NCBI RefSeq assembly: GCF_049696395.1
Contig: NZ_JBAVTT010000149.1
Span: 2,044-66,043, forward strand
DNA from: Erwinia sp.
GTDB taxonomy: Bacteria; Pseudomonadota; Gammaproteobacteria; Enterobacterales; Enterobacteriaceae
DNA length: 64,000 nt
Direction of reading: 5' to 3'
A model generated the notes under the pieces. It ran no database searches. It saw only the letters and a program-made list of their open reading frames with translations, and had not been told where the DNA came from. Of the stretch, positions 23,151-34,902 are shown piece by piece (position 1 is the first letter of the stretch; each line of letters opens with the position of its first letter). The translations under genes and the position numbers were made by a program.

Positions 23151-24908
23151 ATGACGCAAACTTATATTCCAGGCAAAGACGCCGCGCTGGAAGATTCCAT
23201 CGCACGCTTTCAGCAAAAATTGCAGGATCTGGGCTTCAATATTGAAGAAGCTTCCTGGCTGAACCCGGTTCCTCATGTCTGGTCAGTTCATATCAGAGAC
23301 CGCGACTGCCCGCTGTGTTTTACCAACGGTAAAGGCGCCAGCAAGAAAGCCGCTCTGGCCTCGGCGCTGGGCGAATACTTCGAACGCCTTTCTACCAACT
23401 ACTTCTTCGCCGATTTCTGGCTGGGCAACAAGGTTGCCAACGGTGACTTCGTTCATTACCCAAATGAAAAATGGTTCCCGCTGCCAGAAGACGACAGCCT
23501 GCCGGCCGGTATTCTGGACGAACGTCTGACCGCCTTTTACGATCCTGAGCAGGAAGTCAGCGCCAGCGATCTAATCGATCTGCAGTCCGGTAACAGCGAT
23601 CGCGGTATTTGCGCCCTGCCTTTTACTCGTCAGTCCGATCAGCAGACGGTTTACATCCCGATGAACATCATCGGTAACCTGTATGTTTCTAACGGCATGT
23701 CTGCCGGTAACACGCCTAATGAAGCGCGTGTACAGGGTCTGTCTGAAGTGTTCGAACGCTATATCAAGAATCGTATTATTGCTGAATCCATCAGCCTGCC
23801 TTTGATCCCACAAGACGTGCTGGATCGCTATCCGGGCGTCGTGGAATCCATCAATAAGCTGGAAGCCGAAGGGTTCCCGATCTTCTCTTATGATGCTTCA
23901 CTTGGCGGCAAGTATCCGGTTATCTGCGTGGTACTTTTCAACCCAGAAAACGGCACCTGTTTCGCTTCCTTTGGCGCGCACCCTGATTTCGGTGTTGCAC
24001 TGGAGCGTACCGTTACCGAACTGCTGCAAGGCCGTAGCCTGAAGGATTTGGATGTCTTCACACCGCCTACCTTCGATGACGAAGAAGTGGCTGAACATGC
24101 CAACCTCGAGACGCATTTCATCGATTCAAGCGGTCTGATCTCCTGGGACATGTTCAAAGACGATGCCGACTATCCGTTTGTTGACTGGCGTTTCGACGGT
24201 TCTACAGAAGAAGAATTCGCCACGTTGATGGCGATCTTCAAAGCGGAAGACCAGGAAGTCTACATTGCTGATTACCAGCATCTGGATGTCTATGCTTGCC
24301 GCATCATCGTGCCGGGCATGTCCGATATTTATCCAGCTGAAGATCTGCTGCTGGCAAACAACAGCATGGGCGCCTATTTGCGTGAAACGCTGCTGTCGTT
24401 GCCTGAAACTCAGTGGGAAAAAGAGGACTATCTGTCACTGATCGAGCGTCTGGATGAAGACGGTCATGATGACTTCACTCGTGTACGCGAGCTGCTTGGC
24501 CTGGCAACCGGTAAAGATAATGGCTGGTATACCCTGCGCATTGGCGAGCTGAAAGCGATGCTGGCTCTGGCCGGTGGCGATCTGGATCAGGCCTTGATCT
24601 GGACGGAATGGACCATGGAGTTTAACAACTCTATCTTCACTCCAGCCCGCGCTAACTATTACCGTTGCCTGCAAACGCTGCTGCTGTTGAGCCAGGAAGA
24701 AGAACGCGATCCGGTGCAGTATCACACTGCATTCGTCCGCATGTACGGTCTGGACGCTGTGGAAGCAGCCTCGGCGGCCATCAGCGGTGAAGCGCCATTC
24801 TATGGGTTACAGTCGGTAGACGAAGATTTGATGGCCTTCCCGGCTCATCAGTCATTGCTTGCCGCTTATGAGAAGCTCCAGCAAGCAAAACGTCTTAACT
24901 GGAAATAA
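23151..24908 (+). CDS. ycaO: YcaO (stand-alone YcaO-domain protein, ribosomal protein S12 methylthiotransferase accessory factor)
   Basis: The ATG at 23151 gives MTQTYIPGKDAALEDSIARFQQKL..., matching E. coli YcaO. The ORF-track start 23142 is a GTG extension. Confidence 0.95.
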   Translation: MTQTYIPGKDAALEDSIARFQQKLQDLGFNIEEASWLNPVPHVWSVHIRDRDCPLCFTNGKGASKKAALASALGEYFERLSTNYFFADFWLGNKVANGDFVHYPNEKWFPLPEDDSLPAGILDERLTAFYDPEQEVSASDLIDLQSGNSDRGICALPFTRQSDQQTVYIPMNIIGNLYVSNGMSAGNTPNEARVQGLSEVFERYIKNRIIAESISLPLIPQDVLDRYPGVVESINKLEAEGFPIFSYDASLGGKYPVICVVLFNPENGTCFASFGAHPDFGVALERTVTELLQGRSLKDLDVFTPPTFDDEEVAEHANLETHFIDSSGLISWDMFKDDADYPFVDWRFDGSTEEEFATLMAIFKAEDQEVYIADYQHLDVYACRIIVPGMSDIYPAEDLLLANNSMGAYLRETLLSLPETQWEKEDYLSLIERLDEDGHDDFTRVRELLGLATGKDNGWYTLRIGELKAMLALAGGDLDQALIWTEWTMEFNNSIFTPARANYYRCLQTLLLLSQEEERDPVQYHTAFVRMYGLDAVEAASAAISGEAPFYGLQSVDEDLMAFPAHQSLLAAYEKLQQAKRLNWK

Positions 24909-24916
24909 GGCTTTCG

Positions 24917-24950
24917 GGCAATCGGGGACGCTCTCGATTGCCTTTTTCTT
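24917..24950 (+). terminator. Rho-independent terminator of ycaO
   Basis: GGCAATCG-10 nt-CGATTGCC followed by TTTTTCTTCTTTTC. Confidence 0.65.
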
Positions 24951-25187
24951 CTTTTCTTTCCGCCACGTCATCAAATGTTATTTTAAAGTAACGCCTAATT
25001 GTAATAAGACTAATACTTTAACCTTGCAGCTACATTTCCCGTCTCAATCCTGCCTCAATAAGGCACATATCGTGCTATATTCAACTTTATTTTATAAACT
25101 AAAAAAGTATTTATACAACAAAATCAATAATTTAACCTATTAACCCCACATAAAACAGACCATTAAGGCCAGATACTCCAGGCCAAC

Positions 25188-25229
25188 ATGATCCATGTCA
25201 ATTTCTCACCTATACTCCTTTGTTAGTAT
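25188..25229 (+). promoter_or_regulatory. Candidate class II FNR-dependent focA-pflB promoter
   Basis: ATGAT-ccat-GTCAA at 25188-25201 matches 8/10 of TTGAT-N4-ATCAA. The -10-like TAGTAT at 25224-25229 places the site centre near -41.5. It lies at the 3' end of a ~300-bp AT-rich tract upstream of the focA GTG. Confidence 0.4.
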
Positions 25230-25261
25230 TTCGTCGTTGACTAATTTAGGGAGTAGTTAGT

Positions 25262-26119
25262 GTGAAAGCTGGCAACCCGTTTGACTTACTCTTACCGTCT
25301 GAAATGGCCAAAGTGGCTGAAGAAGCTGGCGTCTATAAAGCGACAAAAAAACCCTTCACCACATTTTTCCTGGCGATTACCGCCGGTGTCTTCATCTCCA
25401 TCGCCTTTGTCTTTTATATCACGGCCACTACAGGTTCAGCCGCTGCACCCTGGGGCATGAGCAAACTGGTTGGTGGTCTCTGCTTCTCTCTCGGTCTGAT
25501 GCTGGTCGTCGTCTGTGGCGCTGACCTTTTCACTTCCACCGTGTTAACCATGGTCGCCAAAGCTAGTGGACGCATCAGCTGGGCGCAGCTGGCCCGCAAC
25601 TGGATCATCGTTTACGTTGGCAATTTCTTCGGTGCGATGTTCTTTGTTGCTCTGATTTGGTTCGCTGGCCAGGCAATGGCCGACAATGGCGTCTGGGGGC
25701 TTAATGTCCTGCAAACCGCTGACCATAAAATGCACCATACTTTTCTTGAGGCTGTCTGCCTGGGGATCCTGGCTAACCTGATGGTGTGTATGGCGGTTTG
25801 GATGAGTTATTCCGGCCGCAGCCTGACTGACAAAATGTTAGCGATGCTACTTCCGGTAGCGATGTTCGTTGCCAGCGGCTTTGAACACAGCATTGCCAAT
25901 ATGTTTCTCGTGCCTCTGGCGATTGTTATCAAGGATTTTTCTGGCCCCGACTTCTGGCAGGCCACTGGCGCTACAGCCGCACAGTTCTCACATCTGACAG
26001 TCAGCAACTTTATCACTGACAACCTGATTCCGGTCACGATCGGCAACATTATCGGCGGTGGGTTCCTTGTAGGACTGACCTATTGGGTGATTTACCTGCG
26101 TGACAACGGTCATGACTGA
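25262..26119 (+). CDS. focA: Formate channel FocA (FNT family)
   Basis: 285 aa with GTG start and RBS TAGGGAG. MKAGNPFDLLLPSEMAKVAEEAGVYKATK... is colinear with E. coli FocA. Confidence 0.95.
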   Translation: MKAGNPFDLLLPSEMAKVAEEAGVYKATKKPFTTFFLAITAGVFISIAFVFYITATTGSAAAPWGMSKLVGGLCFSLGLMLVVVCGADLFTSTVLTMVAKASGRISWAQLARNWIIVYVGNFFGAMFFVALIWFAGQAMADNGVWGLNVLQTADHKMHHTFLEAVCLGILANLMVCMAVWMSYSGRSLTDKMLAMLLPVAMFVASGFEHSIANMFLVPLAIVIKDFSGPDFWQATGATAAQFSHLTVSNFITDNLIPVTIGNIIGGGFLVGLTYWVIYLRDNGHD

Positions 26120-26203
26120 GTACACCACAAACTGATCTAGCACCTGTTGCTGATGGCTGGCAGCAGGAACAACAGAACTTCACGTAATTAAGGTAGGTAT
26201 CAA

Positions 26204-28486
26204 ATGAGCGAGCACAACGAAAAACAGGTCGCGGCCTGGGAAAGCTTTGCACAGGGCGAATGGCAGAACAGCATTAACGTGCGTGACTTCATTCAGAAAA
26301 ACTATACCCCGTATGAAGGTGATGAGTCCTTCCTGAGCGGTGCCACCGCCGCCACTACGTCCCTGTGGGACAGCGTGATGGAAGGCATCAAACTGGAAAA
26401 CCGTACCCATGCGCCAGTAGATTTTGATACCGACCTGGCTTCTACCATCACGTCTCATGATGCGGGCTACATCAATAAAAAACTGGAAACCATCGTCGGC
26501 TTGCAGACTGAAGCGCCATTGAAACGCGGCCTGATCCCTTACGGCGGCATCAAAATGGTAGAGGGCTCTTGTAAAGTTTACGGTCGTGAACTGGATCCAG
26601 GCCTGAAAAAAATCTTCAGCGAATACCGTAAAACCCATAATCAGGGCGTCTTTGACGTCTACACCCCGGACATTCTGCGCTGCCGTAAATCTGGCGTGCT
26701 GACCGGTCTGCCAGATGCTTATGGCCGTGGTCGTATCATCGGTGACTATCGTCGCGTAGCTTTGTACGGCATTGATATGCTGATGAAAGACAAATTTGCA
26801 CAGTTCACCTCGCTGCAGGCAGATATGGAAAATGGCGTGAATCTTGAAGCCACCATCCGTCTGCGTGAAGAAATTGCTGACCAGCACCACGCGCTGCAGC
26901 AGATTAAAGAGATGGCTGCGAAATATGGCTGTGACATCTCTGGCCCGGCGCAAACGGCTCAGGAAGCTGTGCAGTGGACTTACTTCGGTTATCTGGCGGC
27001 AGTGAAATCACAGAACGGGGCAGCAATGTCGTTTGGTCGTGTTTCTACGTTCCTGGATATCTTTATCGAACGGGATCTGAAAGCGGGCAAAATCACCGAG
27101 GATGACGCTCAGGAACTGATTGACCACCTGGTCATGAAACTGCGTATGGTCCGCTTCCTGCGTACCCCAGAATACGATGAATTGTTCTCCGGTGACCCAA
27201 TCTGGGCCACGGAATCCCTGGCTGGTATGGGCGTTGATGGCCGTACGCTGGTGAGCAAAAGCAGCTTCCGTTTCCTGAACACCCTCTACACTATGGGGCC
27301 TTCACCAGAACCGAACATGACCATTCTGTGGTCTGAAAAGCTCCCGCTGAACTTTAAAAAATATGCGGCTAAAGTCTCTATCGACACCTCTTCCGTCCAG
27401 TACGAAAACGACGACTTGATGCGTCCTGACTTTAACAACGATGACTACGCCATTGCCTGCTGCGTTAGCCCGATGATTGTCGGCAAACAGATGCAGTTCT
27501 TCGGTGCACGTGCCAACCTGGCAAAAACCATGCTGTATGCGATTAACGGCGGCGTGGATGAAAAAATGAAAATGCAGGTTGGCCCGAAAGAAGCGCCAAT
27601 GATGGATGAAGTGCTGGAATTTAATAAAGTGATGGACCGTATGGATCACTTTATGGACTGGCTGGCAAAACAGTACGTGACTGCGCTGAACGTCATTCAC
27701 TATATGCATGACAAATACAGCTATGAAGCTTCGCTGATGGCGCTGCACGACCGTGATGTTTATCGCACCATGGCTTGTGGTATTGCCGGCCTGTCTGTTG
27801 CAGCTGACTCCCTGTCTGCTATCAAATACGCGAAAGTTTCCACCATTCGTGATGAAGATGGCCTGGCTGTCGACTTCAAAATTGAAGGTGAATACCCGCA
27901 GTTTGGTAACAATGACTCTCGTGTAGATGACATTGCCTGCGACCTGGTTGAACGTTTCATGAAGAAAATTCAGAAACTGCAGACTTACCGCAACGCTGTG
28001 CCTACTCAGTCTGTCCTCACCATCACGTCTAACGTGGTGTACGGTAAAAAAACCGGTAACACTCCGGATGGACGTCGCGCTGGCGCACCGTTTGGACCAG
28101 GTGCTAACCCAATGCACGGTCGCGATCAGAAAGGGGCTGTCGCTTCTCTGACTTCTGTAGCCAAACTGCCGTTTGCCTATGCGAAAGACGGTATTTCCTA
28201 CACCTTCTCCATCGTGCCTAATGCCTTAGGGAAAGATGATGATGTGCGTAAAGCTAACCTGGCTGGCCTGATGGATGGTTATTTCCATCATGAAGCCAAT
28301 ATCGAAGGCGGTCAGCACCTCAACGTCAACGTGATGAACCGCGAGATGCTGCTGGAAGCGATGGAAGATCCTGAAAAATATCCACAGCTAACCATCCGCG
28401 TGTCTGGCTATGCTGTTCGTTTCAATTCTTTAACCAAAGAGCAGCAACAGGACGTGATTACCCGTACCTTCACTAAAAGCATGTAA
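26204..28486 (+). CDS. pflB: Pyruvate formate-lyase (formate C-acetyltransferase 1)
   Basis: 760 aa with glycyl-radical motif RVSGYAVRF near the C-terminus. Confidence 0.98.
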   Translation: MSEHNEKQVAAWESFAQGEWQNSINVRDFIQKNYTPYEGDESFLSGATAATTSLWDSVMEGIKLENRTHAPVDFDTDLASTITSHDAGYINKKLETIVGLQTEAPLKRGLIPYGGIKMVEGSCKVYGRELDPGLKKIFSEYRKTHNQGVFDVYTPDILRCRKSGVLTGLPDAYGRGRIIGDYRRVALYGIDMLMKDKFAQFTSLQADMENGVNLEATIRLREEIADQHHALQQIKEMAAKYGCDISGPAQTAQEAVQWTYFGYLAAVKSQNGAAMSFGRVSTFLDIFIERDLKAGKITEDDAQELIDHLVMKLRMVRFLRTPEYDELFSGDPIWATESLAGMGVDGRTLVSKSSFRFLNTLYTMGPSPEPNMTILWSEKLPLNFKKYAAKVSIDTSSVQYENDDLMRPDFNNDDYAIACCVSPMIVGKQMQFFGARANLAKTMLYAINGGVDEKMKMQVGPKEAPMMDEVLEFNKVMDRMDHFMDWLAKQYVTALNVIHYMHDKYSYEASLMALHDRDVYRTMACGIAGLSVAADSLSAIKYAKVSTIRDEDGLAVDFKIEGEYPQFGNNDSRVDDIACDLVERFMKKIQKLQTYRNAVPTQSVLTITSNVVYGKKTGNTPDGRRAGAPFGPGANPMHGRDQKGAVASLTSVAKLPFAYAKDGISYTFSIVPNALGKDDDVRKANLAGLMDGYFHHEANIEGGQHLNVNVMNREMLLEAMEDPEKYPQLTIRVSGYAVRFNSLTKEQQQDVITRTFTKSM

Positions 28487-28499
28487 TTAGCGAAGCAGT

Positions 28500-28526
28500 A
28501 AGGCTCCACTGTGGTGGAGCCTTTTC
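28500..28526 (+). terminator. Terminator/attenuator after pflB
   Basis: GGCTCCAC-tgtg-GTGGAGCC followed by TTTTC. Confidence 0.65.
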
Positions 28527-28644
28527 GCAAGCCTTGTTTGCCAGCCGCCTGACCTTTCAACCAGACCGCTGGCAAAACAGACTTAACGCAGCTTAAAGAC
28601 TGCGTACCTGCTGAAGGCAGGTTTACCGTGGAGAACTCATCGCA

Positions 28645-29385
28645 ATGTCAGTAACCGGCCGTATCCACTCATTTGAATCCTGCGGGACCGTAGATGGCCC
28701 CGGCATCCGTTTTATCACCTTCTTCCAGGGCTGCCTGATGCGCTGCCTCTACTGCCACAACCGTGATACCTGGGACACGCATGGCGGCCAAGAGATCACC
28801 GTTGAAGACCTGATGAAGGACGTGGTTTCCTATCGTCACTTTATGAATGCTTCCGGCGGCGGCGTGACTGCTTCTGGCGGCGAAGCGATTTTACAGGCTG
28901 AGTTTGTGCGGGACTGGTTCCGCGCCTGTCATGCTGAAGGCATCAATACCTGCCTCGATACCAACGGGTTTGTTCGTCGCTATGATCCGGTCATTGATGA
29001 ACTGCTGGAAGTGACTGACCTTGTCATGTTGGATCTTAAGCAGATCAATGATGACGTTCATCAGGTTTTGGTCGGTGTCTCAAACCACCGTACGCTGGAT
29101 TTTGCCCGCTACCTGGCGAAGAAAAAGATCCGAACCTGGATCCGTTATGTGGTGGTCCCGGGCTATTCGGATGATGATGCCTCAGCGCACCTTCTCGGGG
29201 AGTTCACTCGTGATATGGGCAACGTGGAAAAAATCGAGCTGCTGCCTTATCACGAGTTGGGCAAACATAAATGGGTCGCGATGGGTGAAGAGTACAAGCT
29301 GGATGGGGTTCATCCACCCAAAGCAGAAACCATGGATCGGGTTAAAAGCATCCTCGAAGGCTACGGTCACAAAGTGATGTACTGA
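28645..29385 (+). CDS. pflA: Pyruvate formate-lyase activating enzyme (radical SAM)
   Basis: 246 aa with a CxxxCxxC cluster, [10 protein letters not shown]. Confidence 0.97.
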   Translation: MSVTGRIHSFESCGTVDGPGIRFITFFQGCLMRCLYCHNRDTWDTHGGQEITVEDLMKDVVSYRHFMNASGGGVTASGGEAILQAEFVRDWFRACHAEGINTCLDTNGFVRRYDPVIDELLEVTDLVMLDLKQINDDVHQVLVGVSNHRTLDFARYLAKKKIRTWIRYVVVPGYSDDDASAHLLGEFTRDMGNVEKIELLPYHELGKHKWVAMGEEYKLDGVHPPKAETMDRVKSILEGYGHKVMY

Positions 29386-29403
29386 TCCCACTCTCTCCGC
29401 AAA

Positions 29404-29434
29404 CAAAAATGGAGCCTTTCGGCTCCATTTTTTA
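29404..29434. terminator. Bidirectional terminator between convergent pflA and ycaD
   Basis: AAAAA-ATGGAGCC-tttc-GGCTCCAT-TTTTT. Confidence 0.75.
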
Positions 29435-29445
29435 TCGCGATAAAA

Positions 29446-30597
29446 TCAGGCATGAGCGATTGGTGTGGCCTGCTTGTCCGTTTTACGCAGCAGCATCACC
29501 AGGTAGACGAAGGCGACTGCGGCAATCATCATAAACAGCACAGGGTCGGAATAGTTCTGCATCAGCATTGAGGTCATCGCCGGACCCAGCAGGCTGCCGA
29601 CGGTGTAGCTCAGTAGCAGCGCCTGGTTCATCGCCACCAGCTCATGGTGAGCCACCGTTTCACAAGCCCATGACATGGCTACCGGATACAAAGTAAAGCC
29701 CGCACAGCCCAGCACAAACAGCGCTGGTGCCATTGCCGCGTTGCCCAACATCGCAAAGGCACCGAGGATCACCACAAATACCTGAACGCGCAGCACCAGC
29801 AGACGACCATAGCGGTCTGCCAGGCGGCCAACAGGCCATTGCCCCACAATTCCGGCGCTGACCATCAATGCCATCCAGTACCCAACCGTGGCATCGTTCA
29901 TCCCCTGATGAGAGAGATACAGTGGCATCAAGCCATACAGCGAGCCAAGCAGAATGCCAGAGATGATGCAGCCGTTGATGCCAAGACGCGCGTTACGCCG
30001 GCGCAGCATGGTCCACATGCGCCCTGGTGCAGCTTCTTCGTCATCGCCCTTCGCAGTCACTTTAGTAAAGACCAGCGGCAGGATGGCTGCCACGATAATG
30101 CCGGTTACCCAAGGCAGGACGTGCAGCAGTTCGGTGGAGACTTTACTGACCAACAGCTGACCAGCAACGGTGCCGATGTAGTAAACAATCATATAGGCGG
30201 CCAACAGTTGTCCACGGTTACGAAGTGTTCCACTGCACAGCAGGGCACTTTCCACAATAACCCAAATCAGTGCGCAGCCAATCCCGGCGACGAAACGCCA
30301 CATTGCCCAGGCCCAGAAACCACTTTCCAGTCCTAACGCAGCGGTAGCCAGCGCAAACAGCACTGAAGCCAGGTAATAGCTTCGATTGAAGCCCAGCCGT
30401 TTGATTGCCCAACCTGCAACGAGAGTACCAGCCAGATTACCGGTGTAGTACGAGGAACTGACTATCCCAACCTGCCACGTTGGCAACAGATCGTGGGTGA
30501 GCCAGAGAGGCACCAGCGTATTCAGCACGGCGATCGAAATCGTCAGCAGCATAAGGCCGCAAAGCAGCACAATTACAGGGCGAGACCAGGTGGACAT
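29446..30597 (-). CDS. ycaD: MFS transporter YcaD
   Basis: 383 aa, [33 protein letters not shown]..., colinear with E. coli YcaD. Confidence 0.92.
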   Translation of the reverse strand: MSTWSRPVIVLLCGLMLLTISIAVLNTLVPLWLTHDLLPTWQVGIVSSSYYTGNLAGTLVAGWAIKRLGFNRSYYLASVLFALATAALGLESGFWAWAMWRFVAGIGCALIWVIVESALLCSGTLRNRGQLLAAYMIVYYIGTVAGQLLVSKVSTELLHVLPWVTGIIVAAILPLVFTKVTAKGDDEEAAPGRMWTMLRRRNARLGINGCIISGILLGSLYGLMPLYLSHQGMNDATVGYWMALMVSAGIVGQWPVGRLADRYGRLLVLRVQVFVVILGAFAMLGNAAMAPALFVLGCAGFTLYPVAMSWACETVAHHELVAMNQALLLSYTVGSLLGPAMTSMLMQNYSDPVLFMMIAAVAFVYLVMLLRKTDKQATPIAHA

Positions 30598-30636
30598 AGT
30601 GGTGGAACAACCAAAAGAGGAGAAGATTTTGCGCGC

Positions 30637-30664
30637 ATAATGCCATTAGCTTAAATAAAGTCAA
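30637..30664 (-). promoter_or_regulatory. Candidate sigma-70 promoter of ycaD
   Basis: Minus strand: TTGACT-16 nt-CATTAT, about 35 nt upstream of the ycaD ATG. Confidence 0.35.
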
Positions 30665-31296
30665 CGGCCAAAAATTGGTCGCAGCACGATTTGCTGCGGG
30701 CCGATTTAATTTTTTTATCTACAACGACTTAGCGGAGGGTTCATTGCAACAACTGCTATTGCTATCTTCATGAAAAATGACAACTTTAGCCCTTTCACCC
30801 AGATAAACATCGATAACATTTTTTTTTGGACATCTTTGTCTCAAAAATAGAGCTTTGTGGGCATTAATGGCCACTTATCATCTCTATGCTACGCCTCCAG
30901 CATTGTCCGGGCCAACAGTGCCACTCCGGGGTAAATCGCCTCCTGGTCCTGCAGGATTGGCAGTTTCTGATAACGTCAGTACCAAAGCAGGAGATGTTGT
31001 CGCAACAGCTCCTTAAGCCAGTCAGGCTGATGTCAGCACAGAGGGGCTTAGCAGCAGTAATAATACAAAGTGTTGTTCCGGCTCAGGCGAGGTTAATTCA
31101 GTACGAAGATCGCGACTTTCTATTTAGTGACGGAGAGAATGCGTTGAGTCGCCAAAAAGGACACTTTCCCCGTCAAGATAAACAGATCCCCACGGCGGCG
31201 CCTTAAATGCCTTCGGGCCAATAAACAGCGTTTGCCAGTTGGCCCGGATTTCTCAGGCCGTAATTGATCTCAGCAGCGGGATTGAGCGATGTAAAT

Positions 31297-31334
31297 CAAA
31301 AAAAAACCTGCGGCCAGAGGCAGCAGGCTTTTTA
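31297..31334 (-). terminator. Rho-independent terminator of serS (bidirectional-looking)
   Basis: Minus strand: CCTGCTGCC-tct-GGCCGCAGG (one mismatch) followed by TTTTTTTTTGA. It sits 18 nt after the serS stop. Confidence 0.8.
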
Positions 31335-31351
31335 GCAGCGAACGTCAGGAA

Positions 31352-32731
<1,380 letters not shown>

Positions 32732-32737
32732 TCACTG

Positions 32738-34081
32738 TCAACGGTAGCGTTTTGTCGGGCTATTTTGATCCTGCTCAGCTAACCAGGCTAGCTTTTCACC
32801 AATCTTCCCTTCAAGACCTCTGGAAGTCGGTTGGTAATAACGCGTACGTGCCATTTCAGATGGGAAGTAGTCTTCACCCGCCGCATAAGCATTTGGCTCA
32901 TCATGGGCATAACGGTATTCCGCACCCAACCCCATCTCTTTCATCAGCTTGGTCGGCGCATTACGCAGATGCTCCGGCACATCAAAATCTGGATTCTCTT
33001 TGGCATCGCGGATTGCTGCTTTAAAAGCGGTGTAAACAGCGTTGCTCTTAGGAGCACATGCCAGATAAACAATTGCCTGCGCAATGGCCCTTTCACCTTC
33101 CGCCGGGCCAACACGGGTAAAACAGTCCCAGGCTGAAATCGCTACCTGCATACCTCGGGGATCGGCATTGCCAACATCTTCAGAAGCGATCGCCAGCAAG
33201 CGACGGGCAACATACAGCGGGTCGCCACCAGCCGTAATAATACGGGCATACCAGTATAAGGCCGCATCAGGTGCTGAGCCGCGAACAGATTTATGCAGTG
33301 CGGAAATCAGATCGTAAAAGCGGTCACCTTTATTATCAAATCTGGCACTGCGCTCGCCTGAGACTTCATTTAGCAGTGTAGCCGTCAGCTCTCGCTTGCC
33401 TTTGCTGTTGACCTCCGCCATATCGGCCATCATCTCCAGCGTGTTAAGCGCACGGCGAGCATCGCCGTTTACCAGTTCGGCAATCATTCTGCCTGTAGCC
33501 TCCGGCAGGACGATGTTTTCTTTACCGTAGCCGCGCTCGCTATCTTTCATCGCCTGTGTAAGCACGATTTCAATATCTTCACTGGTCAGGGATTTCAGTA
33601 AATAGACGCGGGCACGGGAAAGCAGAGCTGAATTGAGTTCAAACGAGGGGTTTTCAGTTGTGGCACCAATAAAGGTGATGGTGCCATCTTCGATGTGCGG
33701 CAAGAACGCATCCTGCTGACTTTTGTTGAAGCGGTGAACTTCATCAACAAACAGGATGGTGCGGCGACCTGCATCGCGGTTTTGCCTTGCACGCTCAATG
33801 GCTTCACGGATCTCTTTTACACCTGAAGTGACAGCAGAGATACGCTCCACATCAGCCTGACCATAGCGGCCAATAATTTCCGCCAGCGTGGTTTTCCCTG
33901 TCCCTGGTGGCCCCCACAAGATCATTGAATGCAGATGTCCGGCCTCAATCGCTCTTGGCAAGGGCTTACCGGCAGCCAGTAAATGCTGCTGCCCGATATA
34001 TTCCGCCAGCGTTCGTGGCCGCATACGGGCGGCCAGAGGCTGAAATTCGTTGTGGGAGAAATCCAGAGACAGAGTATTCAA
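32738..34081 (-). CDS. rarA: Replication-associated recombination protein RarA (MgsA)
   Basis: 447 aa with Walker [10 protein letters not shown]. Confidence 0.96.
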   Translation of the reverse strand: MNTLSLDFSHNEFQPLAARMRPRTLAEYIGQQHLLAAGKPLPRAIEAGHLHSMILWGPPGTGKTTLAEIIGRYGQADVERISAVTSGVKEIREAIERARQNRDAGRRTILFVDEVHRFNKSQQDAFLPHIEDGTITFIGATTENPSFELNSALLSRARVYLLKSLTSEDIEIVLTQAMKDSERGYGKENIVLPEATGRMIAELVNGDARRALNTLEMMADMAEVNSKGKRELTATLLNEVSGERSARFDNKGDRFYDLISALHKSVRGSAPDAALYWYARIITAGGDPLYVARRLLAIASEDVGNADPRGMQVAISAWDCFTRVGPAEGERAIAQAIVYLACAPKSNAVYTAFKAAIRDAKENPDFDVPEHLRNAPTKLMKEMGLGAEYRYAHDEPNAYAAGEDYFPSEMARTRYYQPTSRGLEGKIGEKLAWLAEQDQNSPTKRYR

Positions 34082-34088
34082 GCTAACC

Positions 34089-34700
34089 TCACTGACGCTG
34101 ATCGTCCAGCGTCACGCCTTTTGGCGGTGTGAACTGGAATTTACTGGCTTCTACAGCCCCATTCTGCTGGCTTTTCAGGGCATAACTGCTGCGCTGTCCA
34201 TCCTGCTCCACGGCGCTGAACTGGTTGATGGTACCGTTACCAGACACATTGATGGTGAACTGCTTCAGGTTGCCATCGGTCGATTTAGGGGTCAGATCGA
34301 AGTTGTCACCCTGCTGCTTAATGTTGTACTGCTTCCAGTCGCTGCCCTGATTACGCGCGATCAGCATAAACGGGGTATTGCTGGTAGCGTCTTTCAACCA
34401 GGTTGCACTGACCTGCTCAACAAACGGGTTATAGAACCACAGTGTTTTACCGTCTGAAATCAATACGCTTTCATCCGGTGCCGTCATATGCCAGTTGAAC
34501 AGGTTCGGGCGTTTAACCCACAGCTCGCCTTCCCCATCCTGCACGGACTGACCGCTGCCATCGGTGACTTTCTGGGTGAAGCTGGCGTGGAAGCTCTTCA
34601 CTTTATCCAGACGCTGCTGCAGATCTGAAGAAGCATCGGCCAGGACGCTGGCAGAAGCAAAGGCGGTCAGCAGACAGCAGGAAACGATCAATTTTTTCAT
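34089..34700 (-). CDS. lolA: Outer-membrane lipoprotein carrier protein LolA
   Basis: 203 aa with a signal peptide, [21 protein letters not shown]. Confidence 0.96.
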   Translation of the reverse strand: MKKLIVSCCLLTAFASASVLADASSDLQQRLDKVKSFHASFTQKVTDGSGQSVQDGEGELWVKRPNLFNWHMTAPDESVLISDGKTLWFYNPFVEQVSATWLKDATSNTPFMLIARNQGSDWKQYNIKQQGDNFDLTPKSTDGNLKQFTINVSGNGTINQFSAVEQDGQRSSYALKSQQNGAVEASKFQFTPPKGVTLDDQRQ

Positions 34701-34848
34701 TAGGGCATCCTTATTAAAACTTTTTTATCCCGATATGCGGGGAAGCCTGGGAGGATAACTGTAGCCAGGCACTGACGAAATCAACAGGGGATCCCCTGAA
34801 TGAAACTGGCAATACTGTCTGATATGGGGATCCGCCCCAGAAACTCAA

Positions 34849-34870
34849 CGGGCCGGGTCTCCCCGGCCCG
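34849..34870 (-). terminator. GC-rich hairpin after ftsK (possible partial terminator)
   Basis: CGGGCCGGG-4 nt-CCCGGCCCG. On the minus strand it is followed by TTGAGTTTCTG. Confidence 0.4.
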
Positions 34871-34902
34871 TATTTTAAGGCAAAACTGACTGAACAGCCG
34901 AA

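Noticed and set aside
24859-25143. 94-aa ORF overlapping the ycaO 3' end and the focA upstream region
   Set aside because: It is an AT-rich promoter tract. The peptide is low complexity (F/K/N/L/Y), there is no RBS, and it overlaps the ycaO terminator.
26180-28117. Two long minus-strand ORFs (257 aa and 271 aa)
   Set aside because: They are antisense to pflB, a highly expressed gene with biased codon usage that suppresses stops on the opposite strand. No homology was recognised.
30886-31206. 106-aa plus-strand ORF between ycaD and serS
   Set aside because: There is no Shine-Dalgarno sequence and no recognisable domain, and the opposite strand shows better coding-like fragments. It is treated as part of a decayed region (see the ycaD-serS finding), not as a gene.
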